A DNA stretch of 64,000 nucleotides from Phaeosaccion multiseriatum (lineage: Eukaryota; Protista; Ochrophyta, other classes): NCBI GenBank assembly GCA_965112735.1, contig OZ218950.1, forward strand, positions 6,944,001 to 7,008,000, written 5' to 3'. Under the pieces are notes generated by a model, which saw only the letters and a list, made by a program, of their open reading frames with translations, searched no databases and was not told where the DNA came from. Shown here piece after piece: positions 41,252 through 52,090 of the stretch (positions within the stretch are counted from its first letter, which is position 1; each line of letters opens with the position of its first letter). The position numbers and the translations under genes are program-made.

Positions 41252-44200
41252 CTTCCCTTCACCCCACCCCTCCACCCCTCCACCCCTCCAACCCAGCCCC
41301 CCTCACTCACTCACTCACTCACTCACTCACCCATCTCGAGTATGTCCCCCTGCTGACTCCCCTCCGCATCCGCCTCCACGTAACACACGTCCCTTCCTTC
41401 GCAGCCCGCTCGAGCCAGCGCCTCCCGCACCACCGTCTGCTGCGTGGCTCCCTGAGGAGGCGAGGGCGGGCGTGTCAAGCGACTCGCTTCGCTCTTGGCA
41501 CCTTTTGAGCTCCGAGACAAGTGTGACATGTCGTCTCCTCCTCCCTTCGATCCCCCACCCGTGCTCGCCGCCCCGGAAACGGACTGTCCCCCACTGTGGC
41601 TCACCGCCGTTGCTCTAACGACGGCAGCGATGGTGTCGCCGTCCCTCCTCGCGTCCGCCAAGCGCTTCAGTACGATGGCACCGCACCCCTCGGCACGAAC
41701 GTATCCGTCGGCCGCGGTGTCGAAAGACTTACAGCGCCCCCCTCCAGTGCCATCGCCTCCCCCCTCCCCTCGCCCGCCATGCTGCTGTCCACCACGCTGC
41801 TGCGAGAGACGCCCCTCCCTCCTCAGCCGCTGAAAGCCCCTCCGGTCCAACAAAAGACTCACCCCCCCCACCACTGCGGCGCTACACTGGCCCAGCACTA
41901 GGGAGGTGGTGGCCGCATCAAGAGCCACCAGCGCAGAGGGCGAGGACGCGTCATCGATGGTCCGAACGGGGCCCGTGAGAGCAAGCGTGTGCGAGATGCG
42001 GCCAGCCAAGCAGGTACCGGGCAAGACGGGGCTGGTGCTGGTAGACGTTACACTAACACCGCCTCCACCAACACTAACACCAGTACCAACACCGGTCAAG
42101 CTGCTGGCGACTGTACCACCAACTGCTGATGATGCTAATGACGGCTCGAGCTCGGGATGTTCACGCCACTCGGAGCCCGACATACCCATGAACAAGCCGA
42201 TGCGCTGCCCCTCCAGTTGCTGCCGTTGTATCACCAACTGCTCCTCCTCCCCCTGCTGCTGCGGTCCCTGGCCGAGGGTGCCCCCTCCCCCCGCGACGCC
42301 CCCCCCTGCGGACGGTTTCTGAGCCCCCTCCTGCCCCTCCTCCTCCCGCCTGGTCCACGGCCAATGCCAAGGATGCTCAGCTTCACCACCATCTCCGCCC
42401 ACACCTCCACCTTCCTCCTCCGACGGTGGCGGCAGCCCCTTCTCCTTCTTCTCGAAGCCCGCATTGTGTAGCACCTCTGTGGCCACCTCGAGCATGATGC
42501 GTTGGTTGGGGTCCATTGATTGGGCCTCGAAGGCTGAGATGCCGAAGAAGGCGTTGTCGAACATGTCTACGTCGTCGATGAAGCCGCCTGCGAGTGAGCA
42601 CATACACGGAAGAGAGCGGGGCAGAGCACGCAAGGAGGGGATGAGGGAGGGGCGGAAGCGGCCTCATTTGATTGGGCGATTTGCGTATGCCATCAGATTC
42701 AGAGGGGGGGGGAGGGAAGGACAAAGGGGTTTGCGTGAATCGAAAGAAACGCACGCACGCACGCACACACGCAACACGCACGCGCCCACACACCTGTCTC
42801 GTCCCCCAGCCCCCTCAGAGGAGGAGCAGTGCCCACGCAATCTCTTCTCGCGCAGAGCGAGTTCCACAGCCTAGAGACGGTGTCGCACCCCCCGGGGTAC
42901 CTGCACGCCACTCCCACCACCGCAACATCCAACTCGTCTCTGTCTCTCTCTCCCTCTCTCTCCACCTCCCTCCCTCTGTCTCTCTCTCCCTCTCTCTCCA
43001 CCTCCCTCCCTCTGTCTCTATCTATCTCTCTGGCTCTGGATCTGTCTGTGTTTCTGGCTCTGATTCTCGCTCGAGGGTCGTTCACCACTCCCTGCGACAG
43101 GCTGTCCAAGAGGGGGGGCGCCTCCATCGCTGGTGATAGAGTACTTGGTGATACAAGATAATTTGGTGATGCGACAGGTGGTGATACCAGAAAGCCGGTC
43201 CCGCGGTGGTCCACGCCTCCTCCTCCCGCTGGGGGCGACGCTTGCCGCGCTCCTTCTCCTTCGTCTCCTCCTTCGTCTTCTGCTTCGGCGTCGGACCACT
43301 TCCCTCCCAATTGGACTCTCCCGCTGCCTGCTGCTCCCGCACCTCCTCCTACCACCCCACTACTGCCGTCCAGCCCTTCTTCAATGCCTCCAAACCTCTC
43401 CTCTTCCAGGAACGCTGCCAGCAGCGCCGGAGTGGGGTAGTTGAAGAGCGCCCCCACATCAACCTCAAACCCAAACTGTGGGTCGGGGCCTTTGCTGCAC
43501 CCGCTGCCGAACGTCCCCACCCCCCCCCTACCAATGCTACCCCCACCTCCCACGCTGCTATTGCCCCCACTCTGACTGTTCCCCAGCGATGCCCCTCCTC
43601 CTCCTCGTCCGCCCGCTCCCTGCCCTGATCTAGTGCTCCCACTGAGGCTGCCAGACCCAAATCCTGTGCCCACCCCTCCTCCTTCATCGTCGCTACCGTC
43701 GTCGTCTCCTCGCCCTAGCCACTCCTCCAAGGCATTTGCCAGTTGTGACACCAGCAGGGGTGTCATGCCTTCCTCGATGAAGTTGTCATTCGGCTTGAGT
43801 TTGAGTTTCAGGACGATCTCTTCTGTCTCTGTCGCCGTGGCGTCTGATTTGGCACGCTGCTGCGGTATCAACAACTGCTGAGCCTGTAGAGCGTCCTGGG
43901 CGAGGGCCAATATCCCGTCTTGGAGTAACGCCACTCTCGCGTGCTTTGGCTTGGATGCGATGAACGACATAGGAAGAGACGTTGCCTGTCCATGGAACCG
44001 CAACGCACCACCACACACACACGTGCACACGCACACACACGTACACGCACATACATACACGCACGCGACAGAGCAGCGTTCTTAGGCATCGATTGACTGA
44101 CCTTGCTAGATCACCAACAGGGGCATAGAAAATGCGAGCAGCCAAGATGGTAACATGGCGCCTCAACATTGCGAACCGGAGTCACAATAAAGTCAGGGCG

Positions 44201-47200
44201 TGATTGCCTTACCTTGATCAGCTCTGCTCTTGTCCCTTCTCCTCCTCCTCCTCCTCCTCCTCGTCCTCGTCGTCGTCCTCCTCCTCCTCCTCCCCCTCCC
44301 CCTCCTCCCCCTCCTCCTCCTCCTCCTCCTCCTCCTCCTCCTCCTCCTCCTCCTCCTCTTCCTCCCCCTCCTCCTCTTCCTCCCCCTCCTCCTCCTCCTC
44401 CCCCCTCTCTCCCACCCCCCATCACCCCACCTCCCTCCTGCTGCTGTATCACCAACTGCTCGCTTCGGTTGCCTGCCTCCACCTTCTGTCTCAATCCCAA
44501 CCCCCCCGAGCCGAGTCGAACATACCCGATCGCTCCGCCCCCAGTCCCTGGCGACCCCAGCCCCTCCGCTCCCGAGCTATAGACCAAGTCGCTGTGAACC
44601 CTTGCCGCGAGTGAGGCCGCGTAGGCCGCAGCGCACTCTGCCTGCGGGGAAGACAGTACCGTTGACCCTACATACAGGCCCCCCATGCCCTGCAACCCTT
44701 CCAGCACGGTGTACACGCCTAAGCGGATGTCTTCGCAGCTAAAGTGGGGGAAGTAAGGCCGCTCCACAAAGTGGGTGAGTCCTTTGAGTGGGGGTTGGAG
44801 GCCCAAGCTTGCCAAGTCCGCCCTGAGACTAGCCTGCGTCATGTTTCCCGTCTCGTCTGCAAAGGCCAGCACCCGTACTGTGCTGCTGCCCATATGCCTC
44901 CGCCTCTTGCCGGGTTGCAGGTGGAGCATACTGCGTCGCCCCTGCTTCTCTACCCCGTCCTGTCCAACAGCCGGGGCCGAAGCCACGCCGTACCAGCCTT
45001 CCTCGACATTATCGAGCTGCTCGACATCGAGGTCTGGCTCGATATCAGGGTCCTCGAGGACGCGACAGGGGATTACTCCCAGTCGCTGCTCCTCCTGCTC
45101 CTGCTTTTGCTCCCCCGGTTGTTGTTCTTCGTTCTCGTCCTCCTCCATCCCTTCCATCTCCTTCTCCCTCTCCTCGCCCTTCTCCTCCTCCCCCTCCCCC
45201 TCCCCCTCCCCCTCCTCCTCCTCCAGCTCGGCCACTGCCCTGGCGGAACTCAGGTACAGCACGCGACGAAAGATGCGACACAAACGAGTCGACACGTCAT
45301 CAGTGCCCTGCAAATAGGCTGCCATCGGAGCGGGATCATGTGCCATGACCACTCTGTCAAAGGCAAGGGTCTCTCCGCTCCTTAGCTTCACTAAACACTT
45401 CCTCCTCCCCGTGGCCCCATCCACTGCCATCCCCCTCTCCTCCGCTGCCGTCCCTTCTTCCTCGGCCCCACCCTCCCCAACAAAACTGCGCTCGTCCTCC
45501 GCATCTTCGTCGATCAGATACTCTGAGTCGTCCTCGTCTTCGTCCACTGCCGTCCCCTTATCCTTAGTATCAAAGACCCAATCTCGGATGTTCCAATCCG
45601 CCCATGCACTGCTGCCCCTACTTCTCCCGCTGCTATCGCTGCGGCCCCTACTCGAGCTTCTCCCCTTCCCTCCCCCACTGCTGTTCGAGCTTGAGCTACG
45701 GCCTCTGCTACCGACACTTGTACCCGTGCTCCTCCCCCTGCTATTGCTCCCGGTACTCCTACCTCTGCTTTGTCCTCTACTCCTCCCTCGGCTATTATTC
45801 CCCCCCCCCCCCGTACCACCGGAACTGCTGCCGCCTAAGCTCCGAACAGCACTCGGCCTTCCTCTGCTGCTGGTGCTGCTGCATATGGTGCTGGCAGCCG
45901 TTGCGAGGGTCGCGCCTGATCCGGAAGAAGCGCCCCCGGCCCCTCCTTTGCCCCCCTTGCCACTGCTACTCAAGGCACTGCTGGTGTTGCTCAACGTTGG
46001 CCTCGCAGGTATAGGGCTGGGTGCTGATCCTCCGCCGCGCGGCAACACACTCACTACTTCGCTGTTGAGCCTACAGTCCAACAGGCTGGCAGCGACACTC
46101 TCCCACAGCGCCGAAAAGCCGCCCTCTATCTTGGAGCGTGTTTCCGTGCAGCCAATGCTCGACACAAACTGTGGGCGTGCGAGGTTGGGTAGGAAGGTTG
46201 GGTAGGAAGGTTGAGTAGGCATGGTTGGGTGGGCAGGGTTGGGTATCAAGATTGGGTCGTGAGTAGGCAAGGTTGAGCATCGAAGGCACTATAGAGCAAA
46301 AGCAAGCGCGCAGCGAGCAGTTTCGGTCCCTTCCTCATCCCAACCCCCCCCCCCCCCCCTTTTTTTCTCTCCTCCTGCTCCTACTGGACCGATTTGACTC
46401 ACCCCGATCAAACCCCTCCCCGCCACTCCTCCACCTCAATCCCTGCCCATATGCCTCTTCCTCTCTCTCTCAACACACACACACACTGTTTCTCTCCTTT
46501 CTCTCCTCTCCCTCTTTCCTCTCCCCCTCTTCCCCTCCCCTCCCGCCTCTCCGTCCCTCCGTCCCTCCCTCCCCCCCTCGCCCTCACCTTGCGCAAGTAC
46601 GTCATGGGCAAATCTTGGCAGATCAGGCCGTAACCCGCTGCTGCGAATTGCGGCCCCATTACAGGCTCAAAGTAATGCTGCGTCCACTCGTCCTGCTGTG
46701 ACAGCCAGGTCCGAACAGTAAGACACCTCCCGCCCCCCACGCCTCCCACCGTGTCCGAAGGGGCCCCCTTGCCGATGGAGGCCATAATCTTGCGGGTCAA
46801 CCGCGCGAGTGCGATTTGGGACTCTCGTTGTTGCTGCATCACCGACTGCTGCTGCTGCTGCTGTTGCTGCTGCTCGCCAGTCGTCCCCCCGGCGATTGGA
46901 GCAGGAGCAGTACCAGCACTACTATGAACAGGAGCAGCAGCACCATCGACCTGCTCGCTCTTATCGTGTGGAATTTGGTGATACACAGTGGCGTGGTCTG
47001 GCACAAGGTCGTGTCCGAACCTCTCCGCCAAGGCCTTGATGTGCACGGACCGGTCGGGGAACACGGCGTGGCCGCCCAGAGGTAGCGGTACCGGAAGCGC
47101 AGCCTTCTCCTTCCCCTCGTCCTCCTTGTCTCCGCCCCCATCAGCAGCAGCAGCCGAGTACTCGGCCGAGGACGCACCGCCCACAAAGCCCCTCCTCTCG

Positions 47201-50200
47201 AGCAGCGTGACTTTATGGCCTCTGTCTTGGAGGTGCAGAGCCACATTGAGCCCGCTCGCCCCGGCCCCGATCACACACACATGCTGCGGTGGATGCTGCA
47301 TCGCCCCCTCCTCCTCCTGCTGTACAAACTGCTGCTGCTGCCGCCGCTGCTGCTGCAAACGATGCGGCGGCGTCATGTGCTGAAGATGCGGCGGCGACAA
47401 CTGATACTGCTGCTGCTGCTGCTGCTGGCGCTGAATCACCAACTGCTGCTGCTGTCGTCGCCACTCCTCCTCCTCCTGCTGCAGCCGCTCCCGCCTCCCT
47501 CGCACCTGCGCCTCTGCTTGCTTCCTGCGGTTCACAATCATCTTCATGCGCTCATCGGCGGTCATCTCCTCCGCCATCGGAGACAGGTGTCGTCGCATCC
47601 TGTGGCCCGAAGTACCACCTCCACCCTCGCCCCTCGCAGTGGCTGAAATCGGCTTGTGTTCTCTTCCACCTGTCCTCCTCTCGGGTCGGTTGCCTAGTCG
47701 TTGCTGCTGGGGGGGTGGTGACTGCTGCAGTCGCTGTTGCTGAGGCAGCGACAAGTGCTGCACCTGCGCCTGGTGCTCCTGCTTCTGCTCCTCCTGCTGC
47801 TGCTGCTGCCGCTGCCGCTGCTTCTGCTGCTGTTTCTGCTCCTGAGGCTCCTCCTCCGCTGGAACTACTCGTTCTATCTCTCCTCCTCCCCCTCTCCCTC
47901 CTCCTCCCCCTCGTCGTCTTCGTCCTCCTGCTGCTGCTGCTGCTCCTCTTCTCTGCCTTGTCTCCAAAGCCCCACCCCCTCCACCTTCCCTCCCGGTGGG
48001 GGGTATCTGCCGTGCCGGCTCTTCCGTTGGGAAGCTCCACACAACATCCTCCCGGTGCTCCCCGCCCCTGCCCCCCTTGCTGCTGCCCACTCCCCCCCCC
48101 TGTCCGCTGCCATCCCCGCCTCCGGACCCCTCACTGCTTGTGGCGAGAGAGCTCCGAGTCGGGGTGGGACCGCTGCGCGAAGGAGGAACCTCCATCTCGT
48201 TCTCTTTGGTTTGAAGCGCATCCCTCCGTGCAAGTCGCACTGCTCTCTGTTCGCCTGCGTCTGCGCCTCCACCTCCACCTCGTACCACCGTCCTGTTGCT
48301 TCCTCGCACTACTCCCACCACCTCCCCCTCCTCCTCCTCCTCCTCCTCCTCCTCCACCACCACCACCACCACCTTCTCCTTGCTCTTCCTCTCCTTCTTT
48401 TTCTTCTTTTTGTCCTTCTTCCTCTTCTTTCCCTTCCTCTCCCCTCCCAACAAAATTGAGGACGACAAACTAGTAGTAGTCAGCGACCGCTCCCCCTCCC
48501 CCTCCCCACTCCCCTCCCCCGTCCTCCTCCACATCTCGCTCAAAATCTGCAAACCGTCACTGTGAAGCGCGTCCCTTGTCGCCCTTCGTCGCAGCTGACC
48601 GCTGTCCGTCCTAGGTATGCTCCCTGCCTTGACCACCGCTACCCTGCTCCCCTTCACTCCGCTCACCGTTCCCATGATAACTTCCTGAGCTAACTCCGCC
48701 ACCCCCTCGGCCTCGGCCTCTGCCTCGGCCTCCTCGCCGTCGCCTTCTGCCCCCCCCGACTCAGAAACCAACTCCAGCACCACCTCCAGCACGCCGTCGC
48801 TGCCGTCTTCCAGCGAGGAGAAGGCCGCGATACTCCCATGCCCGTGCCTTGTCACAGATGGCAGCGCCTTCAGCAGGGCGAACTCAATGTCCTGAGGGTA
48901 GTGACACACTCCCCGCAGAGCGATAAGGTCCATGATACGACCGCACACGAACAGCTCACCCCCCTCGAAAAACCCAACGTCGCCAGTGCGCAGGTACACA
49001 CGGCTGTCGGCTGCTCCCCTTCCCAACCCTCCTCCTCCTCCTCCTCCTCCTCCTCCTCCTCCCTCCAGCCGCGCCCGGAACACTTGGTCTGACAAGGTGG
49101 GGTTGTTCCAATACCCCGCTCCCACTGACGCGGAGGAGATCCAAATCTCGCCCTCTTCCGTGCCATTGCCATCGGCGACCATCCTCACTTCCCTCCTGGA
49201 CGCAGGGTTGACGATCTTGATGTCCATGAAGCCTGCAGACAGCTCCGGACGGCCTACGCTGAGGAGATCGGGTCTTTGCTTGGATCGGTGCAGAGAGTCT
49301 GTCCGGCAGCCTGAGGAGAGGGGAGAGGGGAGAGGGGAAAGAGAGGGGCATTGGAGGCATTGAAGGCACTGGTTGAGTGAGTGATTGATTGATTCAGCAT
49401 GCGTATTTAGTTATGAGTAGCAGTTAGCGAACACAGTAGCAGCAGTTGGTGACACAGCCGCAGCAGGAGGCTTGATCTTGCTAGTGCCCGGTTTCAGTGC
49501 AGTGTCCCTTTCAATGACCCACACACTCACCCAACGCGACGTGCTCCGATAACACGTAGCCTCCTCCAAACCACCTTCGCAGAGCAGAGTGGAGGGTTGG
49601 TGATACAGAGCAGAGCAGAGTAGGGTCACAGAGGAGGGGGGAGGAAGCAAGAGCAGTGAGCACTGATGGTGTAGTGGGTGGACGAGTTGTGGCTCTGCAC
49701 CCAAGCTCACAAGAGACAGAGAGAGAGGGAGAGAGAAAGACAGAGAGGCGGGGGGGGAGAAGAGAGAGAGACAGAGAGAGAGAGCAACAGCGAGAGCGGT
49801 AGACGGAGGGAGAGGGACGCGAGAAATGGCCACACTCCTTCCCTTCCCCCCCCGGACTTGGCGTGTAGTGTACAGTACGTACCTCTCAGGCAGGCCACAA
49901 GGCTCAAAGGCCTCTCCAAAGCGCTCCACCGTCTCCAGGCGAGTGCGCTCGGTGGCGCTCTGCAGACACACCACACACGACAGGTCGAGAGAGAGTAGCA
50001 GCGCCGCCGTGCCTGAGGCCAGGTTTCCGCGCTGGGAGGCCATGTCCACCTGTGTGTCAGTATCAGTTTCAGTTTCAGTTGATTAGATTATGCTTCTGAA
50101 GCGAACTGAACCGAACGATTATCCAAACGCAAGCGAGTGGATGATTGTCAAGCAAGAGGTGTTAAAAGTCGGTGTAAAATAGACTAATCGACACTTCTGT

Positions 50201-51726
50201 GCTCACCTGTCTGGCGCACAAGGCGAGGGCTGAGTCTGGCGCAACGGACCAATGGCAGCGGTGTCGGGACATTAGCTCCAGCCACAGTAGGGGGCGGCGG
50301 AAGAAGGAGGCTGGTGACATGTAATGCATATGCATACCCGTCAGGAGCGGGGTGAGCAGACACGTCACCAAGCCAACGTCCTTAGGGAGGGGGGGAGGGG
50401 CAGGGGCAAGGGGGAGGAGCAGGCGGGTGAGAGGGGCACGGGAGGCGGGGGGGGAGGGGCGGGGCGGCTTGGGTAACGGTGTAGATGAGACGGCAGAGTG
50501 CCCGAGAAAGGACAGAGAGCATGGAGACCCCGACGTTGGGGAGGGGGGGAGGGAGGGAGGGAGGGAAGGGGCCCACTCACATGGTACTGCGGTAGCCACG
50601 AGAAGCCTGTCATGCCCAAGTCATGCACCTCCCTCTTAGTCCCTCCATCGCTTTTACCGCCACCCGCTCCCCCCTCTCCTCCTGCTGTTGCTGCTGCTAC
50701 GCCTGCTCGTGCTCCTGCTCCTGCCGCAGAGACCCTATCAACCCGACTGTCCTTCGCATTGACCCTCTCCTTGAGTCTCTGCATCCCGCTGGGATGACTG
50801 GCAGTGAGGTATACGTTGGCCATGAGGGCGCTGAATGTGACCATGACTCCTTTGGGGTCGCCCGCAGATCCACTCGTGTACTGGAGGAAAGCCACGTCTT
50901 CATCCTGGATGCGCAAAGCTTTCAGGTAGCTGCTGCGATACCAAAGCACATGCGATACCAAAGAGGGGGTGGTGAGTAAAGCAAGGAAGGAAACAACAAG
51001 GACTTCTGAGTGAAGGGGGTCGTACCTCATGGTGCTGGCGGAGAGCGACGGCGCCAAGCCCCCGAACACGCTCTCGTCTGTGGGCTGAAAGTCGAGGTCG
51101 GGCCAGAGATCCTTGGACGTGGAGCGAAAGTTGTTCCTATCCATGGCGCGCTGAGCCATCACGCCAGAGTCTGTGAGGCACAGCAAGGGGCTGCAGTCCG
51201 CCACGATGGAGCTCAGGTGGGGCAGAGAGGAGGCTAGGGGAGGCGACGGAGGATACACCGTCACTGCCACCACCCCGGCTCGCAGGCAGCCGAGGAAGGC
51301 GGCGAAGAAGTGGAGGCCCGGGCCGTAACACAAGAGCACTCTCCCGCTCTTGGGTACACGCCATTCATGCCGGAGCTTGTACGCCACCCGTCCGGCCTAA
51401 GAGGCGGCAAGAGGAGGTTAACACATGCAAACAGACAAAACAAAAATAGAGAAGAGAGTATGGTGTGTTACAAAGGGCAGGTAGGCACCAAATCAGGCAC
51501 AGGCACCTCTTCTCGGCCCTGAGAGGCCTGGGTTACCCCCACACACTCAGCCGGGCTTTCTCACCTCTTCCCAGATCTCCTTGAAGGTGCATTTGTGCGT
51601 CTCTTGGCCCTTCCCATCGTACCAGTGAGCAAAGGTCTCTGCGCCATGCTGAGCCACGACTTGCTCCGCCCTGCGATGGAAAGGTGTTCCACCCTCCCTC
51701 AAACGTGTTGGATGACACGCCGCCAT
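33765..51726 (-). CDS. Hybrid megasynthase-like protein (~4,550 aa, 18 exons): FAAL - PAI-like FAD oxidoreductase/isomerase - ACP - KS - ACP - Pls/PosA-type transmembrane/left-handed beta-helix terminus
   Basis: Manually spliced GT-AG exons, all phase-compatible: 51726-51565, 51396-51026, 50932-50581, 50380-50207, 50049-49883, 49574-49531, 49310-46588, 46168-44213, 43985-42794, 42587-41331, 41069-38347, 38088-37844, 37566-37434, 37183-37070, 36696-36373, 36134-35574, 35163-34950, 34702-33765 (13,650 nt). Domain motifs are given in the sub-features. Confidence 0.8.
34060..38480 (-). other. Pls/PosA-type NRPS terminal domain: three transmembrane plus hexapeptide beta-helix repeats
   Basis: KWLVVGRYRAGEHKIYSGYHLR, YRLLGAKIG..EFDLVDIG, KWLLVGK, YYRLLGAGI..DPDTVRI, GTPLLPVYMRLQG..DYHLLSLG..PIRIG, with hydrophobic helices between them. 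Confidence 0.8.
35330..35502. repeat. Compound (GAGT)n + (AAC)n microsatellite, intronic
   Basis: Seen directly within the megasynthase intron between exons 16 and 17. Confidence 0.95.
38715..39960 (-). other. Degenerate acyl-carrier domain 2 with large low-complexity insertions (Ser replaced by Ala)
   Basis: PDTELLHLLCYDAWAIEAFVKRV...ITPAALFDNPSLRAFASLI. Confidence 0.5.
40690..42930 (-). other. Type I PKS ketosynthase domain, catalytically degenerate (Cys to Ser, first His to Asp)
   Basis: VAVVGVACRYPG, FDNAFFGISAFEAQSMDPNQR, GRISHTL, TIDDASSPSALVAL (canonical DTACSS), CKSFDTAADGYVRAEG, YVEADAEGS (canonical EAHGTGT), KTSLGHMEGASG, GVNSFG. Confidence 0.88.
43405..43915 (-). other. Degenerate acyl-carrier domain 1 (Ppant Ser replaced by Pro)
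   Basis: PNDNFIEEGMTPLLVSQLANAL...VDVGALFNYPTPALLAAFL; the canonical motif is FxxxGxDS. Confidence 0.7.
44590..47285 (-). other. FAD-dependent domain related to polyunsaturated fatty-acid isomerase (PAI)/amine oxidase family
   Basis: VCVIGAGASG...LLERRGFVGG, FAAAGYG..QDLPMTYLRK, GGFSALWE, YFPHFSCEDIRLGVYTVLEGLQG. These resemble recalled Cutibacterium acnes PAI motifs (FTAFGYG..VPAAYV; YFPHVSSEDYKAGWYEKVEGMQG). Confidence 0.7.
48560..51726 (-). other. Fatty acyl-AMP ligase (FAAL) domain of the megasynthase; A10 Lys replaced by Gln
   Basis: AFLQYTSGSAGDPKGV, SWLPQYH|DVGL, RRPLLWLELMS, GYVLSEH, EGEIWISSASVGAGYW, YLRTGDVG, GRIMDLI, HYPQDIE. IPRTDSGQLRR replaces canonical PKTxSGKxxR. Confidence 0.85.
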
Positions 51727-51984
51727 AAGAAGCGGCGCCTACCTTCTGCGGTCCCCCATCTTCGCTCGAGGCTGCTGCAGGGCTGCTCCACAGCCTGTGG
51801 ATGGGTCCAGATCGCGTTCCTATCGCTCCTGCCTCTCTTTTTCTTCCCTTTGCTGGATGGAGATTTGAGAGATTTTTTTAAAGCCCTCGGTAGCTTAAAC
51901 ACTGAAACTCACAAAATCTGCGCGAATCGATTCGCCATTTTGTGTCTCCTCGCCAAGTCCGCACACAAAGAAACGTGAGTGCGG
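51727..51984. promoter_or_regulatory. Probable bidirectional promoter shared by the megasynthase and ankyrin-IQ gene
   Basis: Divergent start codons are 258 bp apart, with an AT-richer core. Confidence 0.45.
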
Positions 51985-52050
51985 ATGGAGGACCTGGATG
52001 CGGCTTCCCTGCTGCTGGACGAAAAGGAAGAGTCCCTGGCGTCGGAGGCC

Positions 52051-52090
<40 letters not shown>

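Noticed and set aside
39430-48597. RNA editing restoring the megasynthase catalytic residues
   Set aside because: It would need five different substitution types (C>A, C>U, C>G, G>C, G>U), which fits no known nuclear editing system.
33765-51726. Conventional decayed pseudogene, or bacterial contamination
   Set aside because: No stop or frameshift in 18 phase-compatible exons, and it has spliceosomal introns with the same microsatellite style as neighbouring housekeeping genes. A very young pseudogene cannot be excluded.
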